From Nostoc sp. PCC 7120 = FACHB-418 (GTDB taxonomy: Bacteria > Cyanobacteriota > Cyanobacteriia > Cyanobacteriales > Nostocaceae): a DNA stretch of 32,000 nucleotides. Of the stretch, positions 17,530-25,778 are shown piece after piece. The notes under the pieces are model-generated. The model did no database searches. It saw nothing but the letters and a program-made list of their open reading frames with translations, and was not told where the DNA came from. The translations under genes were made by a program, and so were the position numbers. Each line of letters opens with the position of its first letter. Within the stretch, counting starts at the first letter, position 1. The stretch spans positions 2,730,001 through 2,762,000 of the forward strand of contig NC_003272.1 in NCBI RefSeq assembly GCF_000009705.1, written 5' to 3'.

Positions 17530-18228
17530 TCATGGTTGATTAGTTTTATCTTTCATTGATTGTATAGTTGTAGGTAATCCTAGCAATAGAGATGCCAAAT
17601 CAATATCTTTGGCGTTCTGCAAAATTTGTGGTGAGGCAAGAGGAAAGTCTTGCTGATAAAGTCGTAAATGATTAATTAGTTGATTAACACCAGTCTCTAT
17701 TTCCTGAAAATCGATATAATCTAAGTTGGTTGAATGGTTGATTTCCTGCTGTTTTTCCAAAACCAATTGATTATTTACATATATTTCCTTACTTTGAACT
17801 TCTGGTAATTGATCAGATGACACTAAAGAACTTTTATTTTTTATCTCTTGCACATACTCTAAAGCACGGTTCATAGTGCTTTCTAATTCTTGAAAATCTA
17901 TAGGCTTAGTAATAAAATCAAAAGCACCTTGATTCATGGCTCGTCTAATGTTTTTGAGATCCTCGTAAGCAGATACAATGACAGCTTTAATATCTAAATT
18001 CAGATCCCGTATTTTACTAAGTAAAGTTAGCCCATCTATCTCCGGCATATTAATATCAGTTACTAATAAATCTATTTGCGGATTTGCTTGTAATTTTTCC
18101 AAGGCATCTCTACCATTATGAGCAAAGATAAATTCATATTCTCCTTGACGTATCTTATGCCGAAAATAATGAGTTACTAAACGTTTTATTAATGGTTCGT
18201 CGTCAACAAATAATATATACTCAGTCAT
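17530..18228 (-). CDS. Response regulator: REC domain plus an approximately 130-aa C-terminal region of unknown function
   Basis: REC motifs are ILFVDDEP, LLVTDINMPEIDG, VSAY and TKP. ATG 18228 (MTEYILFVDD) is preferred and forms an ATGACTGA overlap with the upstream kinase stop (18221-18223). The track's TTG 18345 would add 39 aa inside that gene. Confidence 0.88.
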   Translation of the reverse strand: MTEYILFVDDEPLIKRLVTHYFRHKIRQGEYEFIFAHNGRDALEKLQANPQIDLLVTDINMPEIDGLTLLSKIRDLNLDIKAVIVSAYEDLKNIRRAMNQGAFDFITKPIDFQELESTMNRALEYVQEIKNKSSLVSSDQLPEVQSKEIYVNNQLVLEKQQEINHSTNLDYIDFQEIETGVNQLINHLRLYQQDFPLASPQILQNAKDIDLASLLLGLPTTIQSMKDKTNQP

Positions 18229-21200
18229 ATTTGCAACCCTGATATTCAGGAAAGGATAAATTAATTGGTATTGTAAGAACGAATTCCGTATATTCTCCAA
18301 CTTCAGTGTTAATCTTAATATCTCCCTGGTGTTGTCCGACAACAATATCGTGAATCAAAGATAATCCTAAACCTGTTCCTTCACCAGGTGGTTTAGTAGT
18401 AAAAAATGGATTGAAAATTTTATCAATCACCTCTGGTGCTATACCTTGGCCATTATCTCGGATAATAATTAGCAATGATTCGCCCTGATTTTGGGTTTTC
18501 ACAAAAAGTTTTGGAATGAATTTATCACCAACCTCCTGCTTTTTTTTGTAAGCTGCGTAGCAAGCATTGTCAACAATATTAATCAAAGCTCGACTTATAT
18601 CTTGAAATATTATTGCTACTTCTGGTAAAGAGGAATCATAATCGGTGTCAATAGTAATATTAAAACCGTTAAGTTTATTAGATAGACTATGATAAGCCAG
18701 TTGTACTGCTGTTTCAAGCAGTGAATTTATATCAGTAAATTGTGGTTGATTATTACTATCGGAACGTGCCAACAATAACATATTTTGAATAATATTGTCT
18801 GCTCTCAACCCTTGTTGCTCGATTTCTACTGAATTGTCTACTATATCAGTAATAGTTCCTTTAATATACTCAATTAATTCGGAGTTTAAAGTTTCAGACT
18901 GATTCTCAATTTCTGCTAATATTTCCTTACCTAATTCCGCAGAAATAGCTGCAAAATTATTGACAAAATTAAGCGGATTCCTAATTTCGTGGGCAACTCC
19001 AGCAGTCAGCAACCCTAGTGAAGCTAGTTTTTCTTGAGCAATAATTTTATTTTGAGCGGCTTTTAATTGACTGGTTCTTTCCTCAACTTTAATTTCTAGA
19101 TTTCGGGAATAGTATTCTAACTGTTCATATAGTAAAGCATTCTCTAAAGAAATGGCAGCTTGCGAACATAATAGTTGCAAAATTTCTAGGCGATCGCTTG
19201 TAAAAAAATCTATAGTTAGGTTATTCTCTAAATAGAGAATGCCTATCAATTTTCCTTGATTAATAATTGCTGTTGCTAAAACTGATTTTGGTTTGTGAGA
19301 TTGAATATATAGATCATTTCCAAAATTAGGCTCATCAATAGCATCACTTAACACTACATCCTCATAAGTCCGGGCTACATAATTAATTACTGATAAAGGT
19401 AAACTATCTTCAGATAAAGGTGTCGAGGAGTGTATGCAAACACTTCCTTCTATATTTATTGAGACTTCTATTTTTAGTTGTTCGTTGCGATTAAGAATTA
19501 AGCAACCATTAGATGCGCCAGCATTTTCAATTGTAATGCTCATCAATTTCTTCAACAATTCACTCAGAACTATTTCTCCTGATATTGCTTGTGAAGCTTT
19601 GACGACCGTAGCTATATCTAAAAATTCGCCCCGACGGTTATGAGTCGTAATAACATCATGATTAGTTGATAAACTGTTTTTAACACCACCCATTACTGGC
19701 GTTTTCCCTAGTAGTTGTGGATATTTTGCCAATATATCTTCTAGTTTGCGTTCTGCACCCCATAATTGATAACTATAATGAGCATCAATCATGTAAATTT
19801 TGGCAATATTTTCTCTCCCCTGACTTAACCAAAATTTAGCAGCTAGTTCATTAGCTAAGGCTACATTCTGGGTAAATTCATATTCTTGTGCTGATTTAAT
19901 TGCTTGGTCATACAAGTTCATCGCCTCTAAATATTGGCCAGAAATCCGTGCTATTTCCGCCTCTACTAACAAATATTTATGCAGGAAGTTTTCTGGGCTA
20001 TTATCTGCCCAAAGTTTCATCAATTTTTGATTATTTAGCAATTTTTGCCAAAACTCTGCTTGTTCCTCTGGAGTCACTTTGAGATATGTTGATGCTAGAA
20101 TTAGTGACTGATAAAAATTTTGGTCAGCAACAGGAATTAGACCCTTTAAATATTCTAAATATTTTTCTGCTTCTAACGAACATTTAAGTGCTGCTAAATC
20201 TTCGTCATACAGGTAGAGAATTTGCGATTTAAATGTTAAATAACAAAATAAAGGCGCAAAACTATGACGATTTTCACAGCCTGTTAAATATTCATCTTCG
20301 CTAATTTCACTAATACCAAAATCTAATTTATCTGATGTTCTAGATGTGATATTGAATAAACCAAGCCGTGCCGCCAGCATGGTATCTTTTGCCCATTGAT
20401 TCTGATTTCTTTGGACAAATTCTAACCCGTTATCTAATTCAGCTAATACATCTTCTAAGACGACTCCTTCAAATAAGGTATTAAATAACTGGAAAGCCAA
20501 AATATATCCAGCAAATTGTAAATCTCCCGATTCTAGCCCTGCATGATATCCTTCTTGGTTGATTGCACGCGTAAATTTAATATGTTTAACCCAGTTAGTT
20601 TGAAAATTCGCCAGTACAAAACAAGCTTTACATTTCTGAGCTAAATTATTAAATTTTTCACTAACTTTTAGCGCTAACTTGCCAAATTCATAACCAGTTT
20701 GATAGTCTCCCCAAATAGCACCTAGCAGCATCCCATAATTGGTATAGCCCTTAACTGATTCACCTAAATTCCCATATTTAAGTGATAAGTTCAATGATTC
20801 TAAAACAATTATTTTGTAAAGTTTTTGATCAGCAAGATAACTGGCTGGATCAATATTCATTAATAAATGTAATGCTACTATTTTTTCAGGAATAACCATC
20901 TCTGGTTTATTGATAAATTCAGCAATGTCTTGATTAGCTATGAGTTGATTCGCCTCGTTGATCAATACTTCTAAGTTAGCTTCAAAGTCAGATTCTGGTA
21001 AATAAATACCCAAGAGAGCTAAACCTTTACGACCTGATGCAATAGCTTGATTCAGATTGCCTAATAAAGTGTACTGTACAATTAGTAAATTATAAATTTT
21101 CGCTTTTTCTAGATTCGTTTTTGCTTGCTCAAGTAAGATAGAAATTAAAGATTGAGATTGGGGAAAATTCCCTAGTAAATACTCTACCTCTGACCTTTCC

Positions 21201-23572
21201 CAGTGCAAATTCAAAGCTAAATTATAATGTTCACACCAGATATCCCCAGGTAAAATATTGATACCTGAAATCAAATATTGTAAAGCTGCACTGTAGGCGT
21301 TAGCTTCTTTAGCTTTTTTAGCTGCTGCCAAATTTAACTGAGATAATTCAACTCTTTGAATATCATTAATGAGTAGTTCCCAACTTATATTGAGATGATC
21401 TACTACTTCAAATATCCTATTTGCTAGTTCTGTCTCCGAAATATTCTGCAACAGTAGTTGCCCGATTTGCAGATGAATATTACGTTTTTTATCTTGATCG
21501 ATTAAGGCGTAAGCTGCTTGTTGTACTCTGTCATGAAGAAATTTATAGTTAATTATTAATAGTGGTGATTTAACTAAATCTGCTTCTGTAATTTCTAAAT
21601 CAGAAGTAGGTACAATTAGGCCTTCTTGAGTAGCAGGAAGCAAGTCTCTAAAAGTGCTAAAAGTCGATTTTTCCGAAATAATTGCTAGTGTACTTAAATC
21701 AAAACTATTACCTACACAAGCAGATAAACGTAAAATTTGCTGAGTATTAACTGGCAGTTTTTTTAACTTATTGATCATCAAATCAACAACATTGTCTGTA
21801 ATGCCCAGTTCTTCAATTTGGACAATATTCCAATGCCAGCTAAGACTTGAAAAATCAAATATTAATAAGTCCTCTTGATATAACGTTTTCAAAAATTGGT
21901 TAACGAAAAATGGATTACCGCCAGTTTTAGACAGTACCAGTTCTGCCAATGGTTGAGCAGAGATAAAATCACTGTATATACTTTCAGAGATTAATTGATT
22001 AACAGTTTCTAAATTTAGGGGTAATAAATTAATTTCCTTAATTGTCAAACCTGATTTTTTTAATCCTTCAATAGTGATAATAGTAGGGTGATTGATGTGA
22101 ACCTCATTATCTCGATATGCGCCAATTAGAAACAAATATCCTAACTTTTTATCTCTCATAATTAAATCAATTAATTTGAGAGTAGCAGAATCCGCCCATT
22201 GCAAATCGTCTAAAAATATAGCTAAAGGGTGTTCTTTTTGACAAAATACATGAATAAAATTGTGAAAGACCAAGTTAAACCGATTCTGTGATTCAGCCGG
22301 GCCTAATTCTTGAACTGCTGGTTGCTTACCAATAATTAATTCCAATTCAGGAATCACATCAATTATTACCTGAGCATTGATTCCTAAAACCGTTAATAGT
22401 TTATTTTTCCATTCTTGGAGTTGGGTTTCATTTTCTGTTAAAAGTTGGCGAATGAGTGATTGAAATGCTTTAACTACTGCACTATAAGGGATATTTTTTT
22501 GAAATTGGTCAAATTTACCCGCAATGAAATATCCCCGGCGCTCAGTAATGGGTTTATAAATTTCCTGGACTAATGTTGATTTACCAATACCAGAATAACC
22601 AGCAACCAGCATCATTTCTGTTGTTCCTTGACTAACTCTGGTAAATGCTGTTAGTAAGTTATTAATTTCTCCTTCTCTTCCATATAGTTTTTGGGGAATT
22701 TGAAATTTATCCGAAATATCTTGACTTCCAAGAGAAAATGATGTGTTTTTACCTTCTTGGTATTGTGTTAAACAAAATTCTAAATCTGCTTTAATACCCA
22801 ACGCACTTTGATATCTCTCCTCAGCAGTTTTTGCCATCAATTTCATGACAATATCCGAGAGAGTTTTGGGTATATTTGAGTGGATTTCATGGGGAGGAAT
22901 GGGTTGTTTAGCTAGGTGACAATAGACTAGCTCTAAGGAATCAGTGGTATCAAAAGGTAATTGTTTAGTTAATAATTCATAAAAAGTCACACCTAAAGAA
23001 TAAAAATCCGTCCGATAATCAAGGGCGCGGTTCATTCTTCCTGTTTGTTCAGGTGAAATATAGGCTAGAGTACCTTCTAAAACATTGGGGTGCTTGAGAG
23101 TGGTATTTTCACGCGTAAAGACTGTAGCAATACCAAAGTCAATGATTTTAACTTCGCCTGTTTTGGGATTAAAAACTATATTTGATGGATTAATATCTTT
23201 GTGAATAACATTAGCAGCGTGAATTTGCGCTAGAGTATCAGTAATTTTGATAGCGATCGCCAAAAATTTCTCTATAGAATTAATATTATGGAAATCTCTT
23301 AAATCTGTACCACCAAAGTCTTCTAAGATTATGACTAATGTTCTATAATATGGTTCTAAACTATAAGCTTTAATCACACCATCAAAATCTAGATTACGAG
23401 TAATTTCGTATTCTTGCTTATATCTAGTTAATTCTATAGGTGTAGGATATTCCTGCTTGAGGACTTTGATTATAACGCTTTGGTTGTCCTCCTGCCTGAT
23501 ACTTCTATATACTTCAGAGTTAGCGCTGTCATATATTTTTTCTACTATTTGATAACCTGTGAGCTTTACCAT
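18221..23572 (-). CDS. Giant multidomain sensor (HstK-type): Ser/Thr protein kinase - AAA/STAND-like NTPase - TPR-like helical repeats - GAF - HisKA - HATPase
   Basis: 1783 aa. Hanks-kinase elements are VIIKVLK, HKDINPSN, IDFG and SPEQ. Walker A is GYSGIGKST (22574-22600) and the Walker B-like motif is FLDDLQWAD. A long helical region and a GAF domain follow. The H-box is AHEIRNPLN (His codon 18989-18991) and the ATPase boxes are DNGQGI and GEGTGLGLS. Confidence 0.93.
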   Translation of the reverse strand: MVKLTGYQIVEKIYDSANSEVYRSIRQEDNQSVIIKVLKQEYPTPIELTRYKQEYEITRNLDFDGVIKAYSLEPYYRTLVIILEDFGGTDLRDFHNINSIEKFLAIAIKITDTLAQIHAANVIHKDINPSNIVFNPKTGEVKIIDFGIATVFTRENTTLKHPNVLEGTLAYISPEQTGRMNRALDYRTDFYSLGVTFYELLTKQLPFDTTDSLELVYCHLAKQPIPPHEIHSNIPKTLSDIVMKLMAKTAEERYQSALGIKADLEFCLTQYQEGKNTSFSLGSQDISDKFQIPQKLYGREGEINNLLTAFTRVSQGTTEMMLVAGYSGIGKSTLVQEIYKPITERRGYFIAGKFDQFQKNIPYSAVVKAFQSLIRQLLTENETQLQEWKNKLLTVLGINAQVIIDVIPELELIIGKQPAVQELGPAESQNRFNLVFHNFIHVFCQKEHPLAIFLDDLQWADSATLKLIDLIMRDKKLGYLFLIGAYRDNEVHINHPTIITIEGLKKSGLTIKEINLLPLNLETVNQLISESIYSDFISAQPLAELVLSKTGGNPFFVNQFLKTLYQEDLLIFDFSSLSWHWNIVQIEELGITDNVVDLMINKLKKLPVNTQQILRLSACVGNSFDLSTLAIISEKSTFSTFRDLLPATQEGLIVPTSDLEITEADLVKSPLLIINYKFLHDRVQQAAYALIDQDKKRNIHLQIGQLLLQNISETELANRIFEVVDHLNISWELLINDIQRVELSQLNLAAAKKAKEANAYSAALQYLISGINILPGDIWCEHYNLALNLHWERSEVEYLLGNFPQSQSLISILLEQAKTNLEKAKIYNLLIVQYTLLGNLNQAIASGRKGLALLGIYLPESDFEANLEVLINEANQLIANQDIAEFINKPEMVIPEKIVALHLLMNIDPASYLADQKLYKIIVLESLNLSLKYGNLGESVKGYTNYGMLLGAIWGDYQTGYEFGKLALKVSEKFNNLAQKCKACFVLANFQTNWVKHIKFTRAINQEGYHAGLESGDLQFAGYILAFQLFNTLFEGVVLEDVLAELDNGLEFVQRNQNQWAKDTMLAARLGLFNITSRTSDKLDFGISEISEDEYLTGCENRHSFAPLFCYLTFKSQILYLYDEDLAALKCSLEAEKYLEYLKGLIPVADQNFYQSLILASTYLKVTPEEQAEFWQKLLNNQKLMKLWADNSPENFLHKYLLVEAEIARISGQYLEAMNLYDQAIKSAQEYEFTQNVALANELAAKFWLSQGRENIAKIYMIDAHYSYQLWGAERKLEDILAKYPQLLGKTPVMGGVKNSLSTNHDVITTHNRRGEFLDIATVVKASQAISGEIVLSELLKKLMSITIENAGASNGCLILNRNEQLKIEVSINIEGSVCIHSSTPLSEDSLPLSVINYVARTYEDVVLSDAIDEPNFGNDLYIQSHKPKSVLATAIINQGKLIGILYLENNLTIDFFTSDRLEILQLLCSQAAISLENALLYEQLEYYSRNLEIKVEERTSQLKAAQNKIIAQEKLASLGLLTAGVAHEIRNPLNFVNNFAAISAELGKEILAEIENQSETLNSELIEYIKGTITDIVDNSVEIEQQGLRADNIIQNMLLLARSDSNNQPQFTDINSLLETAVQLAYHSLSNKLNGFNITIDTDYDSSLPEVAIIFQDISRALINIVDNACYAAYKKKQEVGDKFIPKLFVKTQNQGESLLIIIRDNGQGIAPEVIDKIFNPFFTTKPPGEGTGLGLSLIHDIVVGQHQGDIKINTEVGEYTEFVLTIPINLSFPEYQGCKYD

Positions 23573-23640
23573 ATATATTGCAGTATCTACATAAATAATT
23601 TATTGCATAGTTATTGTTCCCAAAATAGATGGGACTTCAT

Positions 23641-23677
23641 AACAAGAGGTTTACAAATATAAATTTATTTATAAACC
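23641..23677 (-). terminator. Candidate intrinsic terminator between the STAS gene and the giant kinase gene
   Basis: On the minus strand the sequence reads GGTTTATAAATA-AATTTA-TATTTGTAAACC. This gives a 12-bp stem including one G-U and a 6-nt loop (23648-23677), followed by UCUUGUU (23641-23647). The stem is AT-rich, so stability is uncertain. Confidence 0.4.
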
Positions 23678-23814
23678 ATAGATTTAGTACTGTTTGACCG
23701 CACTTTCTACAGGATGCTAAGTGAACAGGTTTTAGTTGCTATTAGATTCAGTAATAGGGTATCTCATTGTATTTGGGAACTTTTGAGTAATATAACTCTT
23801 GACTGAAAGCGGAT

Positions 23815-24144
23815 TTAATACTGTGTAACTGTTTGCATAAAAGCTGCTTGATCAGGAAATACTTCAAAAACTTTTGATGTATCGCTCAGTTCAAGAATCA
23901 TCTTAATTTGTTCGTTGATTGAACAGAGTGCCAACCTAGCTTTTTTCTGTCGGACTGTTTTTAAAGTCAATAGTAGAGTGCCAAATCCAGAGCTATCCAT
24001 AAAAGTAACAAATTGAAAATCAATCAAAATAGTTGTGACATCTGATGTAATAGTTTTGCTGATTTCTTCATGAATTTGTCTGCCTTTTTTACCATCAAAA
24101 AAACCACTAGGTTGAATAATCTTGGTGTTTACATTGGAATACAT
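23815..24144 (-). CDS. STAS-domain anti-sigma-factor antagonist (SpoIIAA/RsbV-like)
   Basis: 109 aa. The conserved phosphorylation loop FMDSSGFG is present, with the candidate phospho-Ser51 codon at 23992-23994. GGGAGA lies just upstream of the ATG. Confidence 0.9.
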   Translation of the reverse strand: MYSNVNTKIIQPSGFFDGKKGRQIHEEISKTITSDVTTILIDFQFVTFMDSSGFGTLLLTLKTVRQKKARLALCSINEQIKMILELSDTSKVFEVFPDQAAFMQTVTQY

Positions 24145-24278
24145 ATGTCTCCCGATAAATAGAATTTGTACAGATAAGTAACATGAAATCCCAAGTTGAT
24201 GAATTTAGTGATACAGTTACTTAATCAGTATGGTGAATCAGCAACTCCATATAAATAATACTCACGCAGTTTAATTCT

Positions 24279-24776
24279 TCAGTCTCTTGCATTTGGTAGT
24301 TCAACTTTAGGTACTAGATTTTTCTTGAGAAATAAGCAGTTTCTACCTGCTAATTCACGATTATAACTAACTGTCCAAGCATAGTCTCTCCTAAGTTTGA
24401 GGAAAAATATACAACCCCAATGAGCTTCATGATCTAAAGGATTAAATGCCTGATCGTTAGTTTTCTCACTAAGCTTTTCTAACGCTGCTTCAAAATTAAA
24501 AATATCGCCTTGATCCCAAATACAAATCTGGAAATATTGGGGATCAAGTGTCACCGCTAACTCAACAGGAGTTTGTGGATTTAAGTGTTTATGAGCATGA
24601 CGGACTGCATTTGTAAAGCCCTCAATTAATGCAGTTTGACCTTCTATCCAGATTTGATATGGTAGCTGTTTACAGTTGAATTTTTCAAACCATTCTACAA
24701 CTGTTGCGACTGCGTCCCAGTCGCTGGCAACTTGTAGAGTAGAATGGTGGGTTTGTGAATCTGTGTGCGGTGACAT
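24279..24776 (-). CDS. RsbW/SpoIIAB-like anti-sigma regulatory serine protein kinase (GHKL ATPase)
   Basis: 165 aa. It has the N-box LIEGFTNAVRHAH and a G1-like WDQGDIF, and its size is typical of partner-switching kinases. Its ATG (24774-24776) directly abuts the TAA stop (24777-24779) of the upstream sugar transferase. Confidence 0.8.
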   Translation of the reverse strand: MSPHTDSQTHHSTLQVASDWDAVATVVEWFEKFNCKQLPYQIWIEGQTALIEGFTNAVRHAHKHLNPQTPVELAVTLDPQYFQICIWDQGDIFNFEAALEKLSEKTNDQAFNPLDHEAHWGCIFFLKLRRDYAWTVSYNRELAGRNCLFLKKNLVPKVELPNARD

Positions 24777-25778
24777 TTAGACTGCCCCTGAATCCTTTTT
24801 AAAAACAACTATGATTGTTTTTAAAATTAATTTGAGATCGTAAACTAAACTCCAATTATTTTGATAACGCAAATCTAACTGAATGACATCCTCAAAATTA
24901 CGAATCTTTGAACGGCCATTGACTTGCCACTCACCACTAAGTCCAGGCTTGACATCCAGTCTTTGCCAATTTGCTACTTCATAATGTTCTAATTCATTGG
25001 GAGTTGGTGGACGAGTCCCGACCAAACTCATATCTCCTGTGAGAATATTCCAAAATTGGGGAAATTCATCTAAGCTAGTTTTACGTAAGAAGCGACCAAC
25101 ACGGGTAATTCGTGGGTCTTTGTCATTTTTAAAGAAAGCACCAGAAGCTTGATTAGGAATAGTATCTTTGAGTGCTTCTGCATTTGTCACCATCGAGCGG
25201 AACTTCCAGATGCGAAACCGTCGTCCCATCCAACCGCAACGAGTTTGGCTAAATAATACAGGACCAGGACTATCGAGTTTAATAGCGATCGCTATCGGCA
25301 CAAACAGCACGGCGGTAACACTCAAGCCGATGACAGCCCCCACAATGTCGATCGCACGTTTCATAGGCGATCGCACCGATGGATGGGTTAAGGGTGGACG
25401 CTGCTCAATTTTGCGTGTTGCTGTCGGGACAATTGCATCTGTATTGGCTTCGATGTTCAATATCTGCTCCAAACCGACAAGAGAAAAAGCCAATTTAACT
25501 TGAGGATGAATACTCCAAAAGATTAATTCAATCTTTTTTGCTTGTGCTGATTTATGATTACTAATTAATGACCCCACACCACTACTATCAATAATTGTGG
25601 TTTGACCAAAATCTAAGATAATCTTAGTCAAGCTAGAGTCTTCTATCCAACTTTGAAAATACTCGCGGAAAGATATAGCTTCAATTACCGTTAATCTTGG
25701 CGGTAACTGCACTAATAAAGTGCCATGAATCCGAGTTATAACTAGAGAAATTGGGGTTTTGGTATGAGGGCTAATCAT
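24777..25778 (-). CDS. STAS domain fused to a monotopic polyprenyl-phosphate phosphoglycosyl transferase (Bac_transf/PglC-WbaP C-terminal type priming enzyme)
   Basis: 333 aa counted from ATG 25778. Residues 10-112 or so are STAS-like, with IIDSSGVG (Ser65 codon 25584-25586). A linker follows, then KRAIDIVGAVIGLSVTAVLFVPIAIAI (re-entrant helix), DEFPQ, LVGTRPP and KPGLSGEWQV. The ATG forms an ATGA overlap with the upstream gene stop (25775-25778). The track's TTG 25841 is rejected. Confidence 0.88.
   Translation of the reverse strand: MISPHTKTPISLVITRIHGTLLVQLPPRLTVIEAISFREYFQSWIEDSSLTKIILDFGQTTIIDSSGVGSLISNHKSAQAKKIELIFWSIHPQVKLAFSLVGLEQILNIEANTDAIVPTATRKIEQRPPLTHPSVRSPMKRAIDIVGAVIGLSVTAVLFVPIAIAIKLDSPGPVLFSQTRCGWMGRRFRIWKFRSMVTNAEALKDTIPNQASGAFFKNDKDPRITRVGRFLRKTSLDEFPQFWNILTGDMSLVGTRPPTPNELEHYEVANWQRLDVKPGLSGEWQVNGRSKIRNFEDVIQLDLRYQNNWSLVYDLKLILKTIIVVFKKDSGAV
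25443..25751 (-). other. STAS domain portion of the priming glycosyltransferase (approximate bounds)
   Basis: It aligns by eye with the free STAS protein 23815-24144. Compare ILDFGQTTIIDSSGVGSL with LIDFQFVTFMDSSGFGTL, and LIFWSIHPQVKLAFSLVGLEQILNI with LALCSINEQIKMILELSDTSKVFEV. Confidence 0.8.

Noticed and set aside
17452-24278. Calling the AT-rich giant-kinase block a mobile genomic island.
   Set aside because: No transposase, integrase, tRNA attachment site or flanking direct repeats were found. Only the compositional anomaly is supported, and it is reported as a finding.
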